Shown piece after piece: positions 40,126 to 53,976 of a DNA stretch of 64,000 nt (position 1 is its first letter; the number at the start of each line of letters is the position of its first letter). The DNA comes from Epiperipatus broadwayi. Lineage: Eukaryota; Animalia; Onychophora. The notes below the pieces were generated by a model. It saw nothing but the letters and a program-made list of their open reading frames with translations, ran no database searches and had not been told where the DNA came from. Position numbers and translations under genes: made by a program. The stretch lies in NCBI GenBank assembly GCA_028023455.1, contig JAQFVV010000006.1, forward strand, positions 7,440,001-7,504,000, in the 5' to 3' direction.

Positions 40126-40744
40126 CAGTAATGAAAGGAAAATATGCCATCACTTCAACTCAGATAATTATCACTCTGAGAATGAATGGAATGAAAAAAC
40201 TCATCTTGATGCACTGCCCTCATTTATTAAAGTAATTGTAATTACATAACTACCTTAATTAAAATACTTAGAAGTTTAAAGCAAAGGGATTATCACATGA
40301 CTATAGCTGACACATGATTTTCACTCTCAACTCTGTTCATTCTATTGCACTGCTGCCATCTAGTGTAAGATTGAATAAACAGGCTAATGTTTAACATACA
40401 TTTCCAATACTACCCTATCCATATATCCAAACACTTATGACACTCATTATTGAGAGACTTTGATTCAGATTTGCTATACGAAAGTAGAACATAGATTTCC
40501 TATTGATATAATTAGTGTAAAGATACCTGGCAATATGATGGCTGGATACAAAGGTCCATGATGTGAATGAATAGAAATAAACATTCCTAAAATATATTAC
40601 ATGATGAATTTGAATATCATTTCATGGAAGAAACAAACATGATTTACATTATAAACACACTGTTACCAGTTAGATTGTAAAAGTACAACACAATCATCAT
40701 TAACAGTATTCTGCCAAATAGACAGGTCCAGAGAGTAATCACAC

Positions 40745-41190
40745 CACCAATTCATCCACTTTTCCAATTCCATATTTTCAATGCCACCTTTTCAATTCCA
40801 CATAACTCTTCCGATTTCTTATATTATCCAACAATGACAATTTTTTCTGTCCTTTCTTCTTAGTTCCACTCACCATTCCCTCCAAAACATCTTTCATTAT
40901 GCTATAATTTCTTCTTAATATATGTTGAATCCAGTTTTTCTCTCTCTCCCTGACTTCTTCAATCAATCTTATTTTTTCATTTACTCTTTTCAAAACTTGT
41001 CCATTTGTTATTTTATTCATCCAATTGAATTTTTCCCATTCGTCTCCATGTCCGCATCTCAAAGGCTTCCAACCTGTTCCTAATTTTGTTACTCATTGTC
41101 CACGTTTCACAACCCTATATTAGTACACTCCATACATAGCATTTAATTAAACTTTTTTTTTATTTCTCTCTTCAATACAATAGAAAGCTA
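40745..41190 (-). pseudogene. Non-LTR (RTE/L2-type) RT C-terminal fragment
   Basis: KCYVWSVLIYGCETWT...LEAFEMR and TNGQVLKRV...WIQHILRR...VLEGMVSGTKKKG. Confidence 0.75.
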
Positions 41191-43105
41191 TAATTTGCAA
41201 AGTGTTGAATTGTTTCAGCTGCAAAAATCAAATGTTTTAAAAAACCCAATGGTTATTAGTTGGGCATATTCATCTATACTTTTGTTCTTTGCTATTCCAT
41301 TTCTTTCTCCTTGCATGGTTCCAGTGCACATATTTGTTGTCAATAACTATCAATATTGGTACGTTTCTCACGTAATAATTCATAATCAAAACGAATATAT
41401 TGAAATATAAGTTCTCCCTTATTTACTTTATCAGTAAACAATTGAAGCAAAATGTTTAATTTTTTTGTCGTGGGGGGAGGGGATGATACTGAGGCTTACC
41501 AACATTTATAATGATCATCCACTGTTAAAATTATTTCGTGGGATACGACAACTTTTTTTTCAATCTGTTATCTCATTTATTCTGTACGGCAGAAAATCAA
41601 TTCGCTATGATGATATATCAATTATTTCACGTTATAACATTCATAAGACATCAAATCAAGACATTGAAAAATAAATTAGTATAGCCGCAGGCAACTTAAA
41701 TATTTTGTCAAAAAAATTTTCATTAATTTATTTCCCCTCTCTAAAAATCATTTTTTTCATAGAGAGATTTTTATTTTTTTAGAAAATAATTAAAACCAGA
41801 TCCATTTTCCTATCAATTAATAGATTATACATAAAAAAAATATATATTAAGAAATGTTTTTTTTTTTTAATATTATCAGTAACTGGTATCTTGTACTATT
41901 ACCTTTCAGAGAGTATTTTAATAAAATGATAACCAAGGGTTAATCACCTATTAAGATAGTTGGAGCAAAGAGAAAAAAAAATTACAAAATCAATTTTAAA
42001 CTTCAAAATGTCAAGATAGACGAGGTTGATAATCAATAATGCAATTAAAAGAGAAAAAAAAGAGCTTTAACTAAAACAAGATTGGAGCTATCAGAATTAC
42101 AAATTAACAATCAATGGAGAAAGGATGGAGAAAATAAAAACCTTTTAAATTGTGCAAAAGCACTGTAAGTTTAGAATAAATGTTTGCTATCAGGTTTTGC
42201 CGCCCCATCCCTACCTACATCTCATCTATTTTTTTTAGATCTCATTATTTAAAAGTAAAAATTTTACCAAACAAAAAGAGAATATTAAATTTTTTAAACA
42301 GTCTATTTTCTTAATATAAAAAAATCAATTGAAGGCAATTGCAACGGCTTTTACATTGAATTCAAATAAACGCAAACACTTTAAACGGAATTAAACATTT
42401 TAAATTTAAATCAAATACATTTTCTTTATTTCACTAAATTGTTTTGCGTCGCGTATTCACTTTAATAACTTCATTCAGTTAATTAAAATTTATAGTAAAG
42501 AAAAGATGTTGGCTAAACTAAGTTTTAGCCTAAGTATTCAAATTGTCCACCGTTCTCATCCGAGTGCAGTTGACATCGTCAAAAATGGAAGCGCGTATTT
42601 CTTCCAAAATATGGGCTATTTCTCCACATCTTACATCAACAGCATGCCAAAATTCAGCGCAATATTTAAAATCTTTGTGGCGCGAACTTGATCTATTCGG
42701 TGTTCCTATTAAATAAAAATATTAGTTTTATCATTTCAAGGGGAGGGGGAAAGTATATAGATTTACATAAAATAGCACTCTCAAAATTCAACAGGATATT
42801 AAGCACCATCTTTACTCACAATCTGCAATAATAGTGGAACATAGATTTTTTAAATATGATTATGCGGTAAGATTTCTTACACAAAATCGAAGTTATTAAA
42901 AATCCAAGTGTGTGCATGGTTTTTTATTCAGATAACAATTATGTACACATATAGTTAGCTAATATATACATATTTGGATAGTCTGTATATACCCACGAGT
43001 TTTCGCGGTTATTGCGTTGACACTGTTTAGTATATAAATATACGTGTTTCATCAACTAGATATGCCAAATCCAGATATAATTTTATTATATCTATTGATT
43101 ATACT

Positions 43106-43330
43106 TATCATCACCATCAACCATTATCAATCCACTGCAGGATGAAGGTCTCTCCAAGTTCAATCAATCTTCTCTGATCTCTAGCCTCTTTTCTTCACAT
43201 CACCCCAGCATACTTTCTTATTTCATCCAACCATCTCATATGTGGTCTATTTCTGGGTCTTTTACAATCTCTTGAAATCCGGTCTAAGATTTCATTTGTT
43301 CATCTATTATCTCTTCTAGCAACTTGACTG
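43106..43330 (-). mobile_element. Short 3' copy of RTE-type LINE
   Basis: Matches 47490-47720, with a (TGA)n-like tail. Confidence 0.8.
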
Positions 43331-43449
43331 CAGAGAGTGGAGTTATTAATACAAAGAAGTTTAAATAAATCTCATTAAAATATAAAAAAAATCTTATACC
43401 GAAATCTAATTCATTGTAACAGATTTTCTTATGAGGTGGTTGTATCTGA

Positions 43450-43790
43450 AATATTCGATGATATTTGCCCGAAGATTTGTGATGATGGCATATTAGATAT
43501 GATAATCTGATGGACTATTTCTATCATCTATCATTAAGTGTTGGATGTCTAGAACATTTTAAACTTTATTTAAACTTTTCAAATACGAACAACAGTTAGT
43601 AACAATACACAAATAGACAATACAGGTAAGTAAATTACACAATGTCTTGAGTGACGTTATTCTCCCTCTTCTTCATGTGTTGTTAGCCTGACCAGTAACA
43701 ATAACAGCATAGGAGTGGAAACTTACACCTTTAGATTCTTGAATATGGAATTTTTAAGGCAACACTCTAACCAAATGAGCCATTCTGTCA
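43450..43790 (-). mobile_element. SINE family B copy
   Basis: Minus strand TGGCTCATTTGGTTAGAGTG A box; body is shared with the 19555 and 31045 copies. Confidence 0.5.
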
Positions 43791-45532
43791 AGACAGAATG
43801 CATCTTATAATTGATATTTTATTCATTTTAGGAAGAGAATAAATGGAACTAACTCAAGAAATAAAATCAGTAATTCGAGATTTAATCACAAAAGTCAAAG
43901 TTTTTAAAATTTGGAAAACAATATGGTTATAATTTTAAATTGATAATTGTGTTAAATATACACTATTTTATATCACAAATAATTTACACAAAATGTTAGA
44001 AAAATGCAAATTAATACTCATCAGGGAAACTTCGAAAATTGTCACCAATAACTTGAATCACTTGTGATTAATGTGGTGATTAAAACAATTTGCAATGTGA
44101 ATTGCACCAGATAAATCACCTTTTAATAAGATTTATTTCATTATTATATGGTTATGTGAAGTCAGGACTAAATATAATTTTGGAGTACAAATCTATGTGG
44201 AATAGAAACTTGAACAGATAAAAAAAAGAGAAAAAATGTTGCAGCTCTAAAGATTTGGATTTGAAGGAGAATGAACAAAAAAAATGGAACAATAACATTT
44301 GAACATAAAACCACTGAAGAAATTAAAAGAAGTTTAATTGGGTACATAATTTGAGATAGAAGAATTATGATGGGCATGTTGGAAGTAACAACATAAGATA
44401 AATGTAAAGAAATTGGTAGGATATTTTAAGACAGGAGACAATTAAGAACTGTCAACCACCAGTAAATGGAAGTGATTGGAAAAAAACACTCATGGTTAAT
44501 GTGCAGGCTAGGATTTTCAGAAAATGGCTGAGAAAGCTAAATAAGATTTGTGTTGTTTTAGTTAAAGAAATAGTTTTATATTGACACTCAGATAAATAAT
44601 ATTGTTTTTCTTTTAATATTGTTTTTTAAAAATGTTCTACTCTTGGTCTCACTTTCTCTTCATAATTTTTTACTTTATTATGTTCGGCCATTTAGTTTAA
44701 TATAGAGTCAGGTCAACTAGAGTCTCTCACACTATAATGGGATTATACATTAATGTCTAGAAATTAAATGCAATAATGTTATCGCTAAAAGAATGCTTAA
44801 TACAGCCAATTTTTCTTTTTATTTAGTCAATAAAATAAAGTCCGGTGTCAAATTCTTTGGGAACAGTAAGATAATCAGATCAGTATCGTAACAAACTATT
44901 TCGATGATGTAAAGACCATGGAAATTTAGGATTCTTACAATTTGACCTGCAAACTTCAAACTTTCTACACTCACATTTATGACAATGTTCACTTTAGATA
45001 AATATAATGATGATTATTACTAATCCATTAATAAAGCTAGATTAAAATATCATTCCTAATATTAAACAACATCAATTCATTATTATTTCAGTATTTTAAT
45101 ATTGAAAATACTTTCAGTTCAAATGTTGTGAAATGTTTTCAGAAAGAAAGGGTCATCCTGCTATATCTCCTTATCGATGCTAGCGCTCCGCATATTGGTC
45201 GAGCGGCAGATTGGGGTTCGACTCAATGGATCATGATTCAGTTCTGTTACGCCCAAGTAATAAGTTGTTCAATTAAGCACTGTTGATTTTTGATTGATAG
45301 TCTTCAGAATTTGATATCTTCATGATTCTAGGATCTTGATATTGCAAAGTTTAACCTGTGCTAAAATACTTACAAAACTGTCTTTTCCTTATCTACAAAT
45401 CCAAAATGGCATTATATTTTTATTAGTTCATTCTATAAGGTCTTAATGTGTACTTGAGATTTACTACTCCATAATCTATTTTTTTTTTGGTCGGCAATTT
45501 CTAATAGTTTTCATTTCATTTTTTTTTCTTCT

Positions 45533-45618
45533 CATGTGTCATAGCATCAGCCGGGAAGCGAACCCACTAACCCGGGACAACTGCTTGTAAAACAGCTGTC
45601 ACTGACCTCTCGACCAAC
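45533..45618 (-). mobile_element. SINE family A copy
   Basis: atgtgtcatagcatcagccgggaagcgaaccc... Confidence 0.7.
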
Positions 45619-46591
45619 TGTATATCACTACTACATTCTTCTATTTGCATACTTAATCTATACACCTTTTACTATAATCTATACACCTTTTACTATAGGT
45701 TATTATTCACAAATTTTAAAATATTATCATTCCAAAACCCTGCAGCGTTTGTCACAGTTGGTAAAACATCTGATGTTCCAGGATCGATTCTGGCACTCGC
45801 AAGTCTGATGTTCAAACTATTTATGAACTCTTGAGCAACTTGTGAAATATCTTTTTATCCTGTGTGGTTTGCCGTAGTTATTAGTGAATGATTTGGGATA
45901 GGGAAGTCACATGATTGATTGTGATCTCAAACTTCTTATGTAATTCCTGAGCAATCAAGCCATTTTTTTTAATCCTACATGGTTAGGCATAGTTAATAAA
46001 CATCTGACTTGAGATAAGGCCAATCCAGAATCGATTCTGATGCTCACAGTTCTGGAATTCAAACTTATGAACTCTTGAGCGATACTTTTTTTTAATCATT
46101 CCAATATTTAAAACAGAAGACTGATTGGGAATTATCGGCCAGCAGCTGTTGTTTGTTTTTTCTAAGCTGCTGAATTAGCTGAAAAGTCTATGTTGTTGCA
46201 TCATTCATCTTTTGACAATATACTTTATGATAAATGATTCCGTTTTCTGCCAGCCGAAAGTACAACCCAAGCAGTAAATGAATATGTTTGTTATATTGCT
46301 GATTCTTTAGAAACTTCTCAATATACAGTTAATAATTATTTTGGTGTAGTCAAATTTTTGACTTAGTCGCCTGGAGTCTCTAATCAGTTTTTAGAATGGA
46401 TTATTTCTTATCTATAAGATAGAAGCAAATGATTGTTTAAAGGGAAGTTCCACAAACCTCAATTTTTGGTTCATTATGGTTTGTAATATATTTTGATGAT
46501 ATTTTTAAGCTAACTGTACTCAGCTTTATATCCCAAATATAATGCATTTGAGAATAAAAACAGTGGTTTTTTAATTATGATATTAATTGTT

Positions 46592-47327
46592 ATTAAACCA
46601 CTAAACATCACATGATTAACATTTCTTATGCTTGCTCATAACTGTTATTAAAACAGGCAAAACTCTCCATACAGTAATGTCTCTCAGTGCAAGCCAGAGT
46701 AATCAATGAATGCCAGAAGGCTTGTGCATACCCCCCAGACTAGTTTCTAGTTGTGGCTTTCGTCAGTGAGGCGCCTTGGATCTGATAGCACTGCATCTAC
46801 ATCTTAGGGCATCCATTGATTACTCTGGCTTGCACTGAATGGCACTATTGTATGGAGAGTTTAGCCTGTATTAATAACAGTTATGAGCAAGCATAAGAAA
46901 TGGTGATCATGTGATGTTTAGTGGTTTAATACCAATCATGCTTAATAGGATAGTGGTGGCTCTGGTTATTAAAGAGTCAATGGTACCAAAATGTATGGGT
47001 ACTGAACTGAGTTCAGACCTATATGACTATATAAGCTAATGAGCTTGGATTGAAAATATTATTGTGTTTTCAATTCTATTCTCATAGTTTTGTAGTTAAG
47101 TAGAGATAAAAGATAGCTGATGGAGGATTGCTTTAGATCCTAAGATCTAGGTGCAGTGCTCTCACATCCAAGACTCCTCATTGATGAAAGCCACAAGCTA
47201 CAAATTAATATGGAGATATTAGATGAGTAGGCACTAGATAGGGATTTTTTGCACAAGCCTTCTGAAATCCATGGATTACTCTAGCTTGCACTGAATAGCA
47301 CTACTGTATGGAGAGTTTTGCCTGTTT
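46592..47327. mobile_element. HHR family F1: inverted arm plus more than one plus-strand monomer (456 nt), 14-bp TSD
   Basis: tccat(t/g)gattactc recurs about 456 nt apart. HHRs lie at 46732-46772 (-) and 47175-47216 (+, degenerate). TSD tgatattaattgtt lies at 46578-46591 and 47328-47341. Confidence 0.9.
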
Positions 47328-47489
47328 TGATATTAATTGTTCCTGTGGCAACAGAGGATCCATTAAAAATCAGCTTTACCCTGCAGGAACAGTAAAGTGA
47401 CCTTAGGTATGAAAATATCATATTATTTGAAATGGTTTACATAGATTTAATTATCTATTATATTACTTAATAACATTTGTTCCTATTAG

Positions 47490-48200
47490 TCATCATCATC
47501 ATCATCAACCATTATCAATCCACTGCAGGATGAAGGTCTCTCCAAGTTTAATCCATCTTCTCTGATCTTTAGCTTCTCTTCTCCACAACACCCCTGCACA
47601 TTTTCTTATTTCATCCATCCATCTCACATGTGGTCTCTTTCTGGGTCTTTTACAATCTCTTGGAATCCAGTTTAAAATTTCAATTGTCCATCTATTATCA
47701 TCTCTTCTAGTAATATGTCCAGCTTTCAATTCCATTTCAATCTTTTAATTTTTTCAATAAGGTCAGTAACACCTGTTTGTTGTCTTACCTATACATTGTG
47801 TTTTCGATCTCTTCTTGTTACTCCCAACATACATCTCTCCATACTCCTTTGAGTGGTCTGAAGTCTCTGTATTGCTCTTGTATTAAGTGTCCAAGTCTCA
47901 GATCCATAAGTAAGAACTGGTAAAACACATTTGTTAAAAACCATCCTTTTCAAACACATAGGCATATTTCCTTTTAGTATCAAGTTATTTCTACCAAAAG
48001 CACTCCAACCAAGTTTAATTCTATGATTAATTTCCTCCATTATGTTTCCATCTGTATTAATAATCTGACCAAGGTATTTGTAACTGTTAACTTCTAATTC
48101 TTCATAATCAATCTTTATTTTCATATTTTGAGCAAATCGATTAAACATTACTTTCGTCTTTTTAACATTTATCTTTAGTCCTATTTTTCTACTTTCCTAT
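47490..48200 (-). mobile_element. 5'-truncated RTE-clade LINE
   Basis: YKYLGQ..., KCVLPVLTYGSETWTL, AGHITRRDDNRWT..W.PR..KRPRKRP..RW.DEI; (TGA)n 3' tail. Confidence 0.85.
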
Positions 48201-48320
48201 TAGTATTCTATTAATAATCTAGAAATTTTCTTATCTAGGTGTTTTATACTATAAATCACACTATAAGAGATCCTAGAAGAGATGTGCCTTCTCTCAATTT
48301 TGTGTACTGGAGGTCTTTAT

Positions 48321-48515
48321 GATCATCATTATCATTTTCAATCATTATCAATCCATTGCAGAAAGAATGTCTCTCTAAGTTCAATCCATCTTCTCTGATC
48401 TTTAGCCTCTCTTCTCCACATCATCCCAACACTTCCTTATTTCATCCATCCATCATGTCCAGCCCAACTCCACTTGTCTCTTAATTCTTTCAATGATGTC
48501 AGGACCACTTGTTTG
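48321..48515 (-). mobile_element. RTE 3' fragment
   Basis: attatcaatccattgcag...tttagcctctcttctccac matches 47510-47610. Confidence 0.7.
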
Positions 48516-48852
48516 TTCTCTCACCCATGTATTTCGTTTTTGATCTCTTGTTACTTTTAAGACACAACTTTATATTGTATGTTATATCAAATGGAAATGA
48601 CATTTACACAATATGTCAAACTTATTTACATAGAACTGTACTAGAAATGTACACCAATTTAAAGATTGAGATGTATTATTTGTATTACTTCCATCTCACC
48701 CTTATTGTGTACAATTGAATGTATCAAACTTGTTTAAAACTCATAACCAAAGACAGAGCCATATCTCAGCTGTTACTTACTCAATGAAATGGCAAGATAT
48801 TTAAATTTAATTCCATTATTTTTAAATTGCGTATTTAATGAAAAAATAGTAT

Positions 48853-48945
48853 TGGTAGCCGAGAGGTCAGCGCAGCCACCTTGCAAGCAAGCAGACAGTT
48901 GTTGCGGGTTCGCTTCCCAGCCGATGCTTTGACATATGGGGAAAA
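48853..48945 (+). mobile_element. SINE family A copy
   Basis: TAGCCGAGAGGTC A box, GGGTTCGCTTCCC B box, gatgctttgacatat plus A-rich tail. Confidence 0.75.
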
Positions 48946-50534
48946 AAACAAAGATGTCTTATATGCACTTGTCTGTAAAAGAAGCAACTTTTAAAAAATA
49001 ACTATCTGGGTAATTCAAAAAGAGAATACTATATATTGTTGATAACAATCAACTCTTAAGCTATCACCAAACTCAACCTGCAGTCGAGCCTTGAGTAATG
49101 AGTTTCATTGTCTCAGTCTCTTTACAAACACCAGAAGAATGGATTTGCACATAAACGTATGTCTAAAGTTATTTATGTGATGGGAGCATTATACCTGTAG
49201 TTCTGTACTAGATTATTTTCATCATTAAATTGTATATTTAAATGTGTTTCGAACAATTCAGAATTTTTTTTATATTTTTCAAAATGCGTGAAATCATTAA
49301 ATATCATACAAATGAGTACAAACACATTTCAAATAGCATTATACTTTTCTCTTTTTCAGATTTAGCCCGACCAATGAGAGCTTATTATGAGAATCTTCGA
49401 ATCTTTAAATTCCTGAATATCAAATTGAAGGCAGTATCAATCAAATATTCATTAGTAGAATAGCTTAAATAACCTTGAATTCAAAATTTGTAAATCTAAC
49501 AATTACTGTTCAATTCCCATGCTAGACTATTGCTGGTCAGCTTTAGTACTTGAAACTGGGGAATAATAATGCATTTAATTCTATAGTTATACACAATAAG
49601 ATACAGCAAGAAGAGTTCCTTTATTTATTGTTATTTACTGGCAGCTTGAGAAATCAGTGATAGCTAGGTACTTTACTACATTCAAATATGTAACTTCAAA
49701 CTAGTTGACAGCTTGAGCCTTTACCAACGAGGTTATGGGATTCAAAGTGTCTCATGAGCACCAGCCCATTAACTACATTTTACTATTCCAAGACAAAAAT
49801 GTGATATTCATGCAAGTTGACAGCTTTAAAATATTAGACTGTTTGAATTTCAGGTTTATATACTGAATAGTAAAATCCCATTAAAAGAGATTGTTTGGAT
49901 GCTTGTCTGCAGGACTTCCAATATTGAATTCTTAAAATCTCACTGATAAAAGCAAGCGGCAGTAGTTGGTTGGATGATAGGAATTCAAATGCAAACGTAT
50001 CTGGTAATTAATGATTAGATTGGGAACTGCCCTTATGTCAACTATTCTATTAATAATTAAAAAGCCATTTCATTTCAAGATTTAAGAGCCCTGATGATAT
50101 TCAAGCTCTCCTTCACTCTCCTGCAGCTACCTGCATGGCACTACTTTTCCAGTTTATTTGATGAGAGAAAGTGAAAATAAAATAATATTGATTTATAAAT
50201 TTTAAAAAATTCTAAAAAAGGTTAATAGTCTGGCAACCACCGGGAACTTTAAAATAATCTAGTCCAATTACCACATTGTTTTTTTTTTTTTTAAAAAAAA
50301 TATTTTATTTAAACATGAAGTGTTCTTATACACTGAAAGGTTTACATTGTATTTAAAACATACAGATTAAAAAAAAAGGGAACACATTCTGCACAGTCTT
50401 GATATTCATGTGGGTTATTCATTTGAAAGCTTAATTTTTTCCCAAGTGTCTCTACATAACAGCTGAGGTGCAAGGGCGAGTCTCTGACTTTAGCCTGTGT
50501 GAGTAGCTTGATGTAAACTTGAAGTGGAGGGTTT

Positions 50535-53500
50535 TTAAAAATGTCCAAACATTAATTTGCATGTGGTTAGCCATAAGGTGAAGGTCAAGAAGATGGACAG
50601 TCTGATGGAGGCATAGGTTCCTTGTTTGATCATGTTTTGAATTGATAGGACATCTCTGATGTCTAGTGAAACTTTGTTAATGATGAAGTTCCTGATTGGA
50701 GAGAAGGTGGAGCATGTGTATAATAGGTGGGCTGTGGTCTCATCAGCTGAGTGACAGAGCTGGCACTGGGGTCCAATCTTTGAGAAACCCCTCCTGGCCA
50801 CAAGAAAGCAACTGGTGGGAAGAGAAGCCAGATTGAGCTTAAGAAGAAAGTCAATATGCTTGGATTCAACATACTAGTGATTCAACTTTTGGATCAAGGC
50901 TATGTTGGAAAGCCCCAATATGTTTTGAGTCAGAGCTTGATCCTTGTATTTTAATTTGTAGACAGTCCAGAAAGACTTTTTAGTATCAAGGGCTAGTTGA
51001 CTGGGATTCATGGCTATACTGACTTGATTCCAGACCTCATCCATCCATTTACTTGTAAGTGGAGGTGGAATATCAGTAGGGTCGACAACCTCCGGAAGAT
51101 TGAGGTTTGGCAATTTTAAGCATGTTGAGCACAGAAGGGAAATGGATTTTTGAAGGTAGGGGATGGAGACAGAGTGCAGACCAAGACCATTAAGCTCTTT
51201 AGGCATTTGAGCCTTGACCATGCTAATAGCCACCACCTTGCCATTCCAGAAAAGTTTGGAACACAGAGAGTTCATTGATTTTTCGAAAAGCTTAGTGGGT
51301 TTGATGATGGAAAGGTAATAAGACAGTCTAGAATAAACCAGTATGTTTAATAGTGTAACTTTGCCGATGAGTGATAAGGAGATCTTGGTGAGCGATTCAA
51401 CTATTTTCTTTGTTATAACCAGTATTAGGTTCTGAATTGCCTTTGTCATCGCCAGCCTCGATAATGCAATTGGAAAGCCCAAAAATGGGAGAGGTTTGGA
51501 AGAGAAAACTGAAGGGATTGGTTGTCCTGTTTTAATGTTCCACATTGATGATTTTACAAAGTTAATTTGAAGGTTTAATCTGCTAGCATGTGTGTTTACA
51601 AGTTGGAGTAAGGCAGGCAGATGAGTAAGATCAGGAAGAAAGACCGAAACATCATCCACATAGGAAATGTGATGTACTGTTTGTTATAAGCTTGGAACAT
51701 AGATTCCTGGAAGCTTGGCCTCAATCTGTTTAAGCAGTGGATTCAAATGTTATAAAACATAGGGTGGCAAGCAGAGATCCTTGTGGAATTGACAAATGTG
51801 GTCTGAAACCTTTGGTTAGTTTTCCATCTAGTGAAGTGAAGACTGACCTATTGAGGAGGGGATTTCTGGAACATTATAATCCTGGAGGATTTGAAGCAGA
51901 ATTGAGGGAACCACTGCATCAAAAGTGAAGGAAAAATCTAGCTGAATTACTGTGGGTTTAGCTTTCCTGTGAGTCCTGACATGTTCAATAAGTAAAAGAA
52001 AGCATTGTACTGCATCAGTGGTTGATAGTCCCTTGCGAGCAAATTGGAAGTGGGAAATTCGTTTAAGCAGCTGGTCTTGAATTGAGTCCTTTACTATGAA
52101 CTCTATGGTTTTGATAAGTAAAGGAATCATCAAAATTGGCCTAATGTTGGTCAATTCAGATGGATTTATATGCTTTTTTAGAAAGTGGACCATCGCCACT
52201 GGATAGAGATCCAGGATATTTTGAAAATCTCCAGCTAGCACATCAATGAGCTGTCAGACTATGGGTGCAGTAAAGTGAGATAAAAATTGGAGTACAAATC
52301 TAGGGATGCCATGAATTCCCAGATGTATACTCTCTGGATATGCTTCTAGCTTTTGGATGATTTTTGTTTCTGTGATGTTAGGAGTGGAACGAGTCTCAGT
52401 CTTCCTCCAAATGTGTCCTATTTCAAAATCTTTCATCTGTAATTTGGATTTGAAGTGCATGTGGATTTCTTCGAGCATGGATGGATTACTGCACTGAACC
52501 TGATTTATGGTGAGCATTGTGGGGTGGGCCTGGTTGCTGCTCCCAGTGCCCATCTAATATAACTTTGGGTCCAGTTATGGTGGGAGGCAAGGAAGATTTT
52601 GGTTCTTTTTGTGGCAATATATTGTGCCAAGCATCTTTGTTTTTCTAGGTATTGTGATTTCAATTCAATGATTGACTGAGAACAGCTGTCAGAGGGAGAG
52701 GAACTATCAAGCCTCCCAGCAATTGCATCCAGATCACCCAAAAGGTGTTTGGGACCTTTGGTTTTCCTGGTATATGAGTTAATTAACAAGCTGAGTATTC
52801 CAATGAATGATGACCACCCTTGAATTGGTGGAAGGGAGAGAATTTTGAATATGTATGCCTCCGAAAAAATACATTCTGGGTTGCTGATTTGTTTAACAAT
52901 CTGATTGTGAAAGAAAGTTGAGATTGAATTGAGTAATTTGAATCAAATGTCAGTGAGAGTTGCATGGCTAGATGATCTGTGAATGGAACTAGATGAAGAG
53001 TTGCATTGAGGTCGTAATGAATTTCTGGCGAATAATACAGTAGATTTATGAGGGAAGTTGTTTGACATGTGTAAAAGGAGAAGGCATTAGGTGGGAAACA
53101 GCCTTCTCCACAGAGAAAAACTCTGAAACAAAGATGGAGGTATTTGTGGTTGAACTTGGTATAACTCATATTAAAGTCTCCAAAAAGTATTGTTGAAGAC
53201 TTGTCAGAAGACAGAAGGGAATTAATCTTGTTAAGGTTGAATGTGCAAACACTAGCTCACTGTTGATATATAAGTATAGTATATTAAGTGTGTAGTTTGA
53301 GAAGATGTTGATCATCAGGAAGTCTTTGTCAAGATATAGCATTCTGAGTTTAGTATAGGCCAATTGTTTGCTGATAAAGAAAGCAACCCCAGAGGAGGTG
53401 GTTTGAGATGGAACATAGTGAAATGAACCCATTTGTTGCATTAGCTGTGATATTTGATAGTTTGAGTTGACATGTAACTTTGTCTCTGCAAAGCATACAA

Positions 53501-53597
53501 CTTGAAGCTTGGATTTCTGCAACCAGTTTTTGATGGCATAGACATGGTTAAGGGAATTCAGACCTCTGACACTGACACCACCAATTTTAATCTGCAT
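50535..53597 (-). pseudogene. LINE ORF2 (APE endonuclease, reverse transcriptase, zinc knuckle), frameshifted
   Basis: IGGVSVRGLN...VCFAETK (APE); RPILMI, QFARKGLSTTDA, LDFSFTFDAV, SYVDD (RT); CQLCHSADETTAHLLYTC. Confidence 0.9.
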
Positions 53598-53976
53598 AAT
53601 TGTTTATTGATTAAGAAGTGTACAAACTGAAGAACTATGGATCAGAAAGTTCATCCATCAGCAGGTGATGATTGGAATGTGGTGAAGAGTTGTTACTTAA
53701 TGTTGATGACTGGTCATCTGAATATACAGGTTTGTTGTCAGTGAGATTTTTGATTAAGTACTATCTCTGGGGCAGGCAGTGACTCGAGTCCTCTGGTTCT
53801 CTTATTTTACCTCTTTTTTTGCTGCTTTTGATATCTGGTAATTCTGGTTTGAAAGGCTCTCGATCCTGTGTCAGAGTCGGCATTGGAAAGGTTGTTTTCT
53901 TCTTGCTGGGACCCAGAGGAGTCTTGAAACTTTCTCTTGTTGTTTGAAACATCTTGATTGGTTTGCATTAGCTGAA

